In this document: piece by piece, positions 51,975 through 60,351 of the stretch | Position numbering within the stretch: position 1 is the stretch's first letter | Layout: every line of letters begins with the position of its first letter | Assembly (NCBI GenBank): GCA_964383785.1 | Contig: CAYLJB010000003.1 | Span: 858-64,857, forward strand | DNA: 64,000 bases | Direction of reading: 5' to 3' | DNA from: an uncultured Fluviicola sp. | GTDB lineage: Bacteria > Bacteroidota > Bacteroidia > Flavobacteriales_D > Crocinitomicaceae | Made by a program: the position numbers and the translations under genes | The notes under the pieces: generated by a model | What the model was told of the DNA's origin: nothing | The model's database searches: none | Seen by the model: the letters and a program-made list of their open reading frames with translations, nothing else

Positions 51975-52391
51975 TTATTCTACTTTACCGTAATCTTTTT
52001 CGGAATCGAGGGTGCCGTCTTCTTTGTAAAAACGCCACAATCCGGACTCTTTGTCATTTGAAAATTCTCCGGTATAACGCATAGCGCCATTCGGGTAACG
52101 GACAAAAATAAATCCGTGTTTTTTTCCTTTCACGTACTCAGTCATAGACATTTCAGTTCCATTTTCAGAATAAAAGAACCAGCGCCCATCGCGAATCCCA
52201 TCTTCAGATTGTGGACCTTGAAATTTGATCGCTTTTCTACCCGGATAGTATTCGGTGTAGATACCATCTTTGTATTCCACCAAAACTTCCGCTTTTTTCT
52301 CCTTTTTTGGTTTTGGAGCCGGTTCAGAACCACAAGCCGTGGTCAAACCAATGCAAACGGAGATGATTCCGAAATAAATGAATGCTTTCAC
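51975..52391 (-). CDS. MORN-variant repeat lipoprotein
   Basis: Lipobox LTTAC; RDGRWFFYSENG, KHG...YPNG, ESGLWRFYKEDG; likely GTG start at 52391. Confidence 0.75.
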   Translation of the reverse strand: MKAFIYFGIISVCIGLTTACGSEPAPKPKKEKKAEVLVEYKDGIYTEYYPGRKAIKFQGPQSEDGIRDGRWFFYSENGTEMSMTEYVKGKKHGFIFVRYPNGAMRYTGEFSNDKESGLWRFYKEDGTLDSEKDYGKVE

Positions 52392-52514
52392 GTGAGATTT
52401 TTTTGTGAAGGGTAAAGATAAGGAAAGTTGAAGCATAATAAATAAATTTAGTTTATTCTGAAAGAATAGACGTTCCTCGATGATGATTGGTTAAATTCGC
52501 TGGAAAATGATAGT

Positions 52515-52796
52515 ATGATCCCATTCATTCCGGGAATAATTCTGGGGAAATTATTTTTCGATCTGGCAACCAAGCACGCTAAGAATGCATGGTTGTTCGC
52601 AGTAATCGGAGCATTGGTTTATCTGGTGGCACAATTTGCGTTTGCTTTCGTGGTGTTTGCCATTTTGGTAAGTCAAAAAGGAACCTACAACAATTTGGCA
52701 TTGTCCATCTCATCCATCGCTTTTGGGATCGGGATTGCGTACATTTTGTTGGTCTTTCTGAAGCGCAACTGGGAACGTGCAGAGAACAAACAGTAA
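52515..52796 (+). CDS. Small membrane protein (paralogue of the next gene)
   Basis: GKLFFDLATKHAKNAWLFAVIG...LKRNW. Confidence 0.7.
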   Translation: MIPFIPGIILGKLFFDLATKHAKNAWLFAVIGALVYLVAQFAFAFVVFAILVSQKGTYNNLALSISSIAFGIGIAYILLVFLKRNWERAENKQ

Positions 52797-52815
52797 TTCA
52801 TAAAACCATCTAAAC

Positions 52816-53142
52816 ATGTTAGGATTATTACCACTTTACTTCATAGGCAAATACTACGCAGAATTGGCAACGGCTTACAATAGAAAAGGTTGGGTATTTG
52901 CGCTTATTGGTGTGTTGATCGCCTTGGCTAGTCAGTTTTTATTGGGATTGATCGTTGGGTTCATTGCCGTGATACAAAACAACGAATCGTTATTAGAAAG
53001 TGAACTGTTATTGAATTTGGGCGCGATCATGTTTTCGATTTTGGTGGCAGTGATCGTATACAAGATCCTCGAATCGAACTGGAAGAAAAATCCGAAAACC
53101 ACTCCGGGCAGAGAAGATTTGCTGGACGATCAAGGGGAGTAG
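52816..53142 (+). CDS. Small membrane protein
   Basis: GKYYAELATAYNRKGWVFALIG...LESNW. Confidence 0.72.
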   Translation: MLGLLPLYFIGKYYAELATAYNRKGWVFALIGVLIALASQFLLGLIVGFIAVIQNNESLLESELLLNLGAIMFSILVAVIVYKILESNWKKNPKTTPGREDLLDDQGE

Positions 53143-53155
53143 ATGCTCAATTCAT

Positions 53156-54904
53156 TCAGTTTCTAATTTCGTAAACCGGCAACAAGTTTCCTTCCAAATC
53201 ATAGTGTTCAACGATTTCCGGATAGCTGTATTCCGGTGATTTTTGAATGGCAATAATTCCATCATGAACACGGATCAATTGTTCCGATTCACTCAATTTC
53301 AAGATCGTTTCTTGTGTTTGGAGATTGAAGAGGAAGCCGTTTTGTTTTTGGTCTGTGTAAATACAAAGCAAATTAGGGGTCAACATTTGCACCGATCTGT
53401 AGTCCTTTTTTAACAGCGGTTTTCCGTTCAGATCCAATAATTGTTGTCCTTGTTCGCTGTATCCATAAATGTAAGGTAGGAAGGCATTTGCACGTGAATG
53501 GTCATGCACAAAATAGCCAGCGATGTAAGGTTTGAGGATGCTAATGGTGTCTTTATTCTTATCAATAATCCAGGCGCTCTTAGACTTCACTTCTCGGATG
53601 ACTAGACGATCATGCACAAACCAGTCTGTTTGGGTTCCGTAATCTTCCATGTTGTATTTGCATGGCAAGAATTCGTTTCCTTTTTCATCCAAGAGTCCAT
53701 AACCGGATCCATTGATAAAGGCACGAGCAAATCCTGCTTTGAAAGGCAAGATATCGTAATAGACTTTGTCATTAATGAATTTCCCTTCTTTGTTTATCAA
53801 ACGGCATGAAAAATTGCGTTCAGTTCCAAATACACGCACGGGAGCAGTTCCTTTATAGAATCCCAATGCTTGCTCAAATTGATAAGCGATCATCACTTTT
53901 CCGTTGGTATCGATATAGCCCCACTTTTCGTTTTTAAAAACTGCAGCGAAACCATCTTGAAATTCGAGTCCCCAGTTCGCCTTCAACACAAACTTTTCAT
54001 TCCCCAGTAAATCGACATATGCGATATGATCTCTGTCCTTTTGAACGAAGATCAATCCTTCTGAATATTGACCGACTTGAGAAAAGGTGGATACATACAA
54101 AAATCTTCCATTTTCATCTACGATACCGTGGTCATTTTCAAGTACGGCTTCATAGCGATGACTTCCAATATATTTCAGCATATTGAAACGATAGGGGATC
54201 AAGATGTTGCCCAACGAATCCATGACGCCTTGTTTGCCTTGATTTGTAAGGAAAATGACATGACCATGTTCGTTTGGTAGATCAATCTGTACGATATTCA
54301 TTGGACCTTTGCGGTTTCCTTTCCCATCTGTAAATCCGTAAATCCGTGTTGTGTGAATCAGGATACTGGAAAGGTACAGGCTATCTGAAAGTTTTCTATG
54401 CGTGGCATATTTCAAGGGCAGTTCTTGTCCGCGGGAATCCAATAGGAGATAGGAACCTTGCGGGTCTTCTACCAGAAATTCAGTCGGTTCAGGCGAAGGA
54501 GTTTTGTTTTCTTGCCAATGTAGGTCGTAAAAAAATCTTGGTTTCAATACGTCGTAATATTTCACAGAAAGCGTACCTGTTGAATCCCGAAAGCGAAAAT
54601 GCGTGGAATATTTGTCATGTGTAGCAGCAATTTCATATCGCTCGTAAATCTTCAGTCGCTGGATTCCGTTGAGCGCAGGAAAAACGATCGTATCATAAAC
54701 CTGAGCACGTTTCAATTCTGTGCAACAGCTGCATCCGGCTTGACAACAAATGTGACCATGAGCGCATTCACTCAGGATATTTGTATGAGTGAAAAACTCC
54801 CTGTTTTCAATGGTTATCGGCGCGCGAATGGTATCCTGGCTGTGAACTGTCTCACTCAATACGAGCGTAAAAAAGAACCAAAAACCAAAAATGATTTGTT
54901 TCAT
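53156..54904 (-). CDS. WG-repeat-containing exported protein
   Basis: KWGYIDTNGKVMI, F.EG/DG.A repeats; signal peptide from ATG 54904. Confidence 0.85.
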   Translation of the reverse strand: MKQIIFGFWFFFTLVLSETVHSQDTIRAPITIENREFFTHTNILSECAHGHICCQAGCSCCTELKRAQVYDTIVFPALNGIQRLKIYERYEIAATHDKYSTHFRFRDSTGTLSVKYYDVLKPRFFYDLHWQENKTPSPEPTEFLVEDPQGSYLLLDSRGQELPLKYATHRKLSDSLYLSSILIHTTRIYGFTDGKGNRKGPMNIVQIDLPNEHGHVIFLTNQGKQGVMDSLGNILIPYRFNMLKYIGSHRYEAVLENDHGIVDENGRFLYVSTFSQVGQYSEGLIFVQKDRDHIAYVDLLGNEKFVLKANWGLEFQDGFAAVFKNEKWGYIDTNGKVMIAYQFEQALGFYKGTAPVRVFGTERNFSCRLINKEGKFINDKVYYDILPFKAGFARAFINGSGYGLLDEKGNEFLPCKYNMEDYGTQTDWFVHDRLVIREVKSKSAWIIDKNKDTISILKPYIAGYFVHDHSRANAFLPYIYGYSEQGQQLLDLNGKPLLKKDYRSVQMLTPNLLCIYTDQKQNGFLFNLQTQETILKLSESEQLIRVHDGIIAIQKSPEYSYPEIVEHYDLEGNLLPVYEIRN

Positions 54905-54965
54905 GCCAAAGGGATACAGTCGCAGATGACTTTGGTTCAAAAACTTATTTTTGATTCTCTTTTGT

Positions 54966-55570
54966 TCTCGATACACCGCTTACAGCGGCACTCGAACAGA
55001 CAGTCGCGTGGGAAATTCAGTCGACCGGTAGGCGACGCTAAAATTTGTGCATTTGCGGGAAAGCAAACTAGGTGTCCTTTGTGTCTATGTGGTTGATGAT
55101 TCTGGTTTATGAGCCAGCGAATAAGGTCTTTGTGTCCTTGAGTTTCGGGGGTAGGATACAAAAATCTCCTTTGCGACTTTGTGGTAAAAAAAACTATGTT
55201 CTCTATGTTTCTATGTTGTTCAAAAAAAGCGAGCCCACGCGCAAAAGGGTAGATCTTCCTGTTTCATTTTAACACAAAGAGCGCAAAGTAAGGAAGAGCG
55301 CAGAGGAAGAATTTGATCATCCTTTTCAATTCTTCATTCTCAATTTTCAATTATCATTCTCTCCTTTACTTCTTCACTCCTTTACTCTGCGTTTAAAAAA
55401 GCGAGCCCGCGAGCAATAGTGTGAACACGACGATTTCTTATTTAAGTAAAGAAGATCGCAGCGTCAATATAACTGACAGTCGAGTGGGAAAATCCATCGA
55501 CCGGTAGGGGACGAAAGACAATTGCGCATCTGCGGGAAAGAAAAAACTTTGTGCCTTTGTGGTAAAAAAT
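54966..55570. repeat. Mosaic repeat-rich intergenic region (65-bp direct repeats, hairpins, 7/8/9-mer arrays)
   Basis: 54999-55063 resembles 55475-55540; AAAAAAGCGAGCCC twice; TTTCAAT-type x5; CTTTGTG/CTATGT arrays. Confidence 0.75.
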
Positions 55571-55579
55571 GAAAACGAT

Positions 55580-56548
55580 TTATTTCTCGCGGTTAACGGT
55601 ATATTCCACCAATCCTACTAAGGAGCGTTTTGCGGGTGAATCTGGAATGTCTATCAGCAAGTCCAATGCCTGCGTCTTCAGCTCGATCATGCGCTCGTGA
55701 GCGTATTCGATACCGCCGGCTGCGATCACCAATTCGATGGCGCGGTTAACGTATTTCTTTTCTTCGTTGTGGCGCTTTACAATGTTGATCAACTCTTTGC
55801 GCGTTTCGCGGTCGCAGTGTGCCAAAGCATAGATCAACGGCAAGGTCATTTTGCGTTCACGAATGTCGTTCCCGGTTGGTTTTCCAATATTCCCCGGAGT
55901 TCCATAATCGAAAATGTCGTCTTTGATCTGGAAAGCCAAACCTACCAATTCACCGAATTGACGCATGCGATCGGCCATGTCTTCGCGGTCCACGGACGCA
56001 GCAGCTGCTTCACAAACCGTTGCGATCAAACTAGCAGTTTTCTGGCGGATCACTTCGAAATACACTTCTTCAGTAATGTCCAGTTTACGCGCTTTTTCGA
56101 TCTGCAGCAATTCTCCCTCACTCATTTCACGTACCGCTCGGGCTACGATCTGCAAGGCACGGACATTATCGTTTTCAATGGAATGCAATAAGACACGAGA
56201 AAGCATGTAATCGCCCACCAAAACAGCAATCTTATTCTTCCACAAGGCATTTACAGAGAAAAATCCACGACGTTCGTTGGCATCGTCTACCACGTCATCG
56301 TGTACCAAAGTAGCGGTGTGTAACAATTCTACCAAAGAAGCACTTTGATAGGTGCGGTCGTTGATGTCTCCCAACATTTTTGCGGTTAGGAACAAGAACA
56401 TCGGACGCATTTGTTTTCCTTTTCTGCGGATGATGTAATGGGTGATCTTGTCCAACAAAGGAACTTTAGATTTCATGCTCTGATGAAACCGCACTTCGAA
56501 GAGTTTCATCTCTTCTTCAATGGGTGCTAAAATTTCCTTTACGGTCAT
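55580..56548 (-). CDS. ispB: Polyprenyl (octaprenyl-like) diphosphate synthase
   Basis: GKQMRP, LVHDDVVD..RRG, KTASL, FQIKDD, GKP.GND. Confidence 0.88.
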   Translation of the reverse strand: MTVKEILAPIEEEMKLFEVRFHQSMKSKVPLLDKITHYIIRRKGKQMRPMFLFLTAKMLGDINDRTYQSASLVELLHTATLVHDDVVDDANERRGFFSVNALWKNKIAVLVGDYMLSRVLLHSIENDNVRALQIVARAVREMSEGELLQIEKARKLDITEEVYFEVIRQKTASLIATVCEAAAASVDREDMADRMRQFGELVGLAFQIKDDIFDYGTPGNIGKPTGNDIRERKMTLPLIYALAHCDRETRKELINIVKRHNEEKKYVNRAIELVIAAGGIEYAHERMIELKTQALDLLIDIPDSPAKRSLVGLVEYTVNREK

Positions 56549-56648
56549 GAGTACAAAAATACGCTAAATCGGAAAGGGAGGATGGAGAAACGAAAAGATT
56601 TTTAGTGAGTATTAACAGAAAGGAAGAGCTCCTTTTTCAGAGCTGCCT

Positions 56649-56683
56649 TTTCAATTCTTAATTTTCAACTTTCAATTCTCAAC
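56649..56683. repeat. 7-mer tandem repeat overlapping the rlmN stop
   Basis: tttcaat tcttaat tttcaac tttcaat tctcaac. Confidence 0.65.
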
Positions 56684-57766
56684 CGTTCCCGTTTTCTTTA
56701 GAACGCGTCGATCCATCATTTTGTTCTTATTCGCCAACTGACCACATGCCGCATCGATGTCTTTTCCACGACTGCGACGTACATTGACGATCAAGTTGCA
56801 TTTCTCTTCCAGGAACTGTGCAAAAGCATCTACCTTTTCGCGGTCAGCTTGACGGTATTCTCCGCCATCGATCGGATTGTACTCGATGATGTTGATCTTG
56901 CACGGAACGCATTTCGCGAATTCTGCTAACTCACGTGCGTCCTCCAAACCGTCGTTGAAATCCTTGAAGATAATGTATTCAAAGGTCACGCGAGAACCCG
57001 TTTTTTCGTGGAAATAAGCGAGCGCCTCCTGCAATGCTTCCAGGTTATTCGTGTCATTGATATCCATGATCTTCGAACGCTTCTGATCATTTGCAGCATG
57101 CAGTGAAAGTGCTAAGTTGAATTTCACATCATCATCGCCCAATTTCTTGATCATCTTGGCAATTCCGGCGGTAGAAACTGTGATGCGTTTCGGGGACATG
57201 CCCAAACCGGTTTCAGAAGTGATCAGTTCAATACTGCGCAGTACATTCTTGTAGTTGAGCAAAGGTTCGCCCATGCCCATATACACAATGTTACTCAGGG
57301 GTGTGGCATATTTGTCCGTTGCTAAATTCCGTAAGTAAACAACTTGGTCTACGATCTCTCCGGCACTCAGGTTGCGCATCATTTTTAAGCGACCGGTGGC
57401 ACAGAATGCGCAGGTCAAACTACAACCCACTTGCGAAGAAATACAAGCGGTCATGCGGGACGTTGTCGGGATTAAAACACCTTCGATCACTTGACTTTGT
57501 CCGTCAACACCAAAAGCACATTTGATGGTTTTATCGGTTGAAACTTGTTGGTCCTCCACCGTCAATTGATCAATGAAGAAATGACTGTTCAGTTTCTCTT
57601 GCAATCCTTTGCCGATGTTGTTCATTTCACCGAAGGACTTCACTTGTTTCTTCCAGATCCATTCAAAAACCTGCTTTGCACGAAATGCGGGTTCGCCTAA
57701 AGCAACCAGACTTTCCTGGAGTTCTTTCTGACTCAGATTTCGGATATTGATCAACTTTTCAGACAT
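56672..57766 (-). CDS. rlmN: Dual-specificity RNA methyltransferase RlmN
   Basis: CISSQVGCSLTCAFCATG, MGMGEPL, SLHA, DIDAACGQL. Confidence 0.97.
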   Translation of the reverse strand: MSEKLINIRNLSQKELQESLVALGEPAFRAKQVFEWIWKKQVKSFGEMNNIGKGLQEKLNSHFFIDQLTVEDQQVSTDKTIKCAFGVDGQSQVIEGVLIPTTSRMTACISSQVGCSLTCAFCATGRLKMMRNLSAGEIVDQVVYLRNLATDKYATPLSNIVYMGMGEPLLNYKNVLRSIELITSETGLGMSPKRITVSTAGIAKMIKKLGDDDVKFNLALSLHAANDQKRSKIMDINDTNNLEALQEALAYFHEKTGSRVTFEYIIFKDFNDGLEDARELAEFAKCVPCKINIIEYNPIDGGEYRQADREKVDAFAQFLEEKCNLIVNVRRSRGKDIDAACGQLANKNKMMDRRVLKKTGTVEN

Positions 57767-57768
57767 TG

Positions 57769-59643
57769 TTACAGGGCTTTGTAATCCTCGTAGATCGTTT
57801 TCAAGAAGTAATGACAGCGTTTTTCCTCGCGCTTAAAGTCGGCTGGTTTCAGGTTGTTCTCCCCAATGCGTTTTTGCTCCATGTAGTAGGTGAAATTCCC
57901 TTCAGGAACAATCCAACCATATCCGCGAATGATACTGTGGAAAGCAAATTCCGGTACCTGCGGATTCATCAAATCTTTACTCCATGGATAACGTGAAATA
58001 TCTCCTTTCATCTGTGCGATCAAAGTAGCAGCTACATCGGCTTGCGACCCGATCTTGTCGATACGTCTTCCGCGGAAATTCTTCTTGATCGGTTCACCAT
58101 AGAACAACAAAGGAATACGGTAAAGACGACCCATTCCTGGATCAGTAACTGTAGGTGTGGCGTGTCCGTGATCTGCGACGAAAACGAATAACGTGTTTTT
58201 GTACCACGGTTGTTTTTTGCATTTGCGGATGAATTCACCCAAGGCTTCATCGGAATACACCAAGGCATTCATGAAATCGGCTTCTTCACCGGTAAATGTT
58301 TTCCCTTTTCCTTTTGGTTGGTCGTATGGTGCGTGAGTCGATCCCGTAAAGGCACATTGTAGGAAAGGTTTCTTGTGCGTATTGATCTCGTCTAGCAAGA
58401 AACGATACAAGTCTTTGTCAAAGAAATTCAACTTTCCTCTTGGAAGATCAGATGGGAAATCCGATTCGTCTTTTACCACGTCAAAACCGTGATCCATGAA
58501 ATAACCTCCAATGTTCCCGTATTTTAAGTCGCCGCTGAAGATATAACTCGAGTGATAGCCCCAGCCTTCCATATCTTCGTTCAAGCAATGCAGTTTGCGG
58601 TGTTTTTCCGGCTGCATCGAAATGGATACTTCCGGTACCGCAGGATTTCCGCTGAAGATGGAAGAGTTTCCGATTTCACTGGTTGTTCCGGTTGCATACA
58701 GGTTGGTAAAGAGCACTCCTTGTTTTGACAAACGATCGAAATTGGGAGTTGCGCCTTTATTCGGACCCAAACAGCCAATGGCTTCAGCTGCCCATCCTTC
58801 CAGAACGATCACCACCACATTCGGACGGTGATTACTCAAGAAATACTCGGTGGAATCTTTCGGGTAGTCGTACCAACTTTTTACCTCTGCTTCCGCAACA
58901 GCTTTATCAATGTTTGGAATGAAGGCATCGATCTCACTGCGGTTGTATAACAAGAAGCTCTTCGCGAAGAAGTACAAGGAATTGATAGAAATGTCGTTTG
59001 CCACAGTATTGTTGGAATACGTTGCTGCATTGATGTTCAACGGGATCTGTTGCCACCCCCCACGAAGTGCTAGGAAGTTTAGTGAACCGACCAAAGCGAA
59101 AAGAACCGGAATGCGCCAAAAGCCAAACCAGTGTTTGACCAAATGTTGTTCTCCAGGTTTCGGGAAGATACGTGAAGCCAACCAGAAATAGGCAAATAAT
59201 TCAATGATCGCGAATAAGGCATACCAGAAGATCATGCTGTAATTAGCCGTGCGAACTACTTCATCGGGATTGGCAAGATGCATGAACACACGAGAGGTCA
59301 ACTTGTGATTCCATTCACCGTAAGCGACAATTTCACCTGCTTGTACTGCAACCAAAAAGACAATGAAGATTCCGAGAATGATGCGATAGATGCGATGCCA
59401 GTGCTTCCAAGGTGAAAGCTTACTTGTCAAACGGAATAAGAATGGTAATGTAGCTAAAGCTCCTGCTGTTGCAAGATCTACGCGGAAAGAATAGACAAAC
59501 GAAAGTAACCATTCACCGATGCCCACTTCCTTCAATTTTCCCCAGTGAAAAACCGAAAACAACAAGCGATGGAAGTCAAAGCAGAGAATCCAAAAGACAA
59601 TCAGCAAGACTGCATCCCGAAATAGTTTGAAAAACGTTGTCAT
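57769..59643 (-). CDS. LTA synthase family / sulfatase-like membrane protein
   Basis: N-terminal TM helices, LRGG, PNVVVIVLEG, TPNFD, STHAPY, FVADHG. Confidence 0.88.
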   Translation of the reverse strand: MTTFFKLFRDAVLLIVFWILCFDFHRLLFSVFHWGKLKEVGIGEWLLSFVYSFRVDLATAGALATLPFLFRLTSKLSPWKHWHRIYRIILGIFIVFLVAVQAGEIVAYGEWNHKLTSRVFMHLANPDEVVRTANYSMIFWYALFAIIELFAYFWLASRIFPKPGEQHLVKHWFGFWRIPVLFALVGSLNFLALRGGWQQIPLNINAATYSNNTVANDISINSLYFFAKSFLLYNRSEIDAFIPNIDKAVAEAEVKSWYDYPKDSTEYFLSNHRPNVVVIVLEGWAAEAIGCLGPNKGATPNFDRLSKQGVLFTNLYATGTTSEIGNSSIFSGNPAVPEVSISMQPEKHRKLHCLNEDMEGWGYHSSYIFSGDLKYGNIGGYFMDHGFDVVKDESDFPSDLPRGKLNFFDKDLYRFLLDEINTHKKPFLQCAFTGSTHAPYDQPKGKGKTFTGEEADFMNALVYSDEALGEFIRKCKKQPWYKNTLFVFVADHGHATPTVTDPGMGRLYRIPLLFYGEPIKKNFRGRRIDKIGSQADVAATLIAQMKGDISRYPWSKDLMNPQVPEFAFHSIIRGYGWIVPEGNFTYYMEQKRIGENNLKPADFKREEKRCHYFLKTIYEDYKAL

Positions 59644-59692
59644 AATCCCCGACAAATTTAAGGCAATTTATCCGATTTTAGCGCATTTCTTT

Positions 59693-59744
59693 TGTCAGTT
59701 TCTCTGACACCTTGTCGCGTTTCCGCCCTTGGCAAGGTAGTTGA
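59693..59744 (+). promoter_or_regulatory. Putative sigma54-type promoter with upstream TGTCA/TGACA inverted repeats for grpE-dnaJ
   Basis: TGTCAG-TTTCT-CTGACA (59693-59709); TGGCAAGGTAGTTGA with GG-N10-GA spacing (59730-59744). Confidence 0.55.
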
Positions 59745-59769
59745 GTACACAGTGCAAAATTTCATAGAA

Positions 59770-60330
59770 ATGGCAGAGGATAAAGAGCAAAATGAAGCAT
59801 TGAATCAGGAAGCAGAAGCGCAGGAGAATCAGAAGGCGAATGAACAGCCGTCGGAGGAGACTGCTTCAACTGACAATACGTCAGTGGAGCTAACGGCAGA
59901 AGATCAAATTGCAGCTCTCAACGATAAGTACATTCGCTTGTATTCGGAATTCGACAATTACCGCAAACGTACGAACAAGGAAAAATTAGAATTGATTGCT
60001 ACGGCGAGTTCCGGTGTTTTGAAGGATCTGTTAACGATCTTGGATGATTTTGAACGCGCCATTGCAAACAATGAAACAGCAGAGGATATTGAATCTGTAA
60101 AAGAAGGATTCAAGTTGATCCAACACAAATTTAAAACCATCCTGGAAGGAAAAGGGTTGAAGCAAATGGAGGCGAAAGGTTTGGATTTCGATCCTGAATT
60201 GCACGAGGCGATCGCGAATATTCCGGCTCCATCTGAGGACTTGAAAGGAAAGGTTGTGGACGACGTAGAGCGCGGGTATTTCTTGAACGAACGCGTGATC
60301 CGTTACGCAAAAGTAGTGGTAGGTAACTAA
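59770..60330 (+). CDS. grpE: Nucleotide exchange factor GrpE
   Basis: RLYSEFDNYRKRT, LDDFERA, FDPELHEAI, GY.LNERVIRYAKVVV. Confidence 0.96.
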   Translation: MAEDKEQNEALNQEAEAQENQKANEQPSEETASTDNTSVELTAEDQIAALNDKYIRLYSEFDNYRKRTNKEKLELIATASSGVLKDLLTILDDFERAIANNETAEDIESVKEGFKLIQHKFKTILEGKGLKQMEAKGLDFDPELHEAIANIPAPSEDLKGKVVDDVERGYFLNERVIRYAKVVVGN

Positions 60331-60351
60331 AACAAAACTTGCTGAATAGCA

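Noticed and set aside
51975-52391. Toxin-antitoxin antitoxin (YwqK-like)
   Set aside because: The MORN-variant repeats are generic, the protein is a lipoprotein and no toxin gene is adjacent.
54937-55272. Small ORFs in the repeat-rich spacer, and the ORF at 44962-45156
   Set aside because: They are translations of repeat tracts with no protein-like features; no GxxExxY or four-helix-bundle remnant is recognisable.
45219-56210. Long antisense ORFs (for example 45623-46300, 47467-47991, 50869-51450, 55697-56191)
   Set aside because: They lie opposite well-supported genes, have no recognisable motifs and are expected from codon bias.
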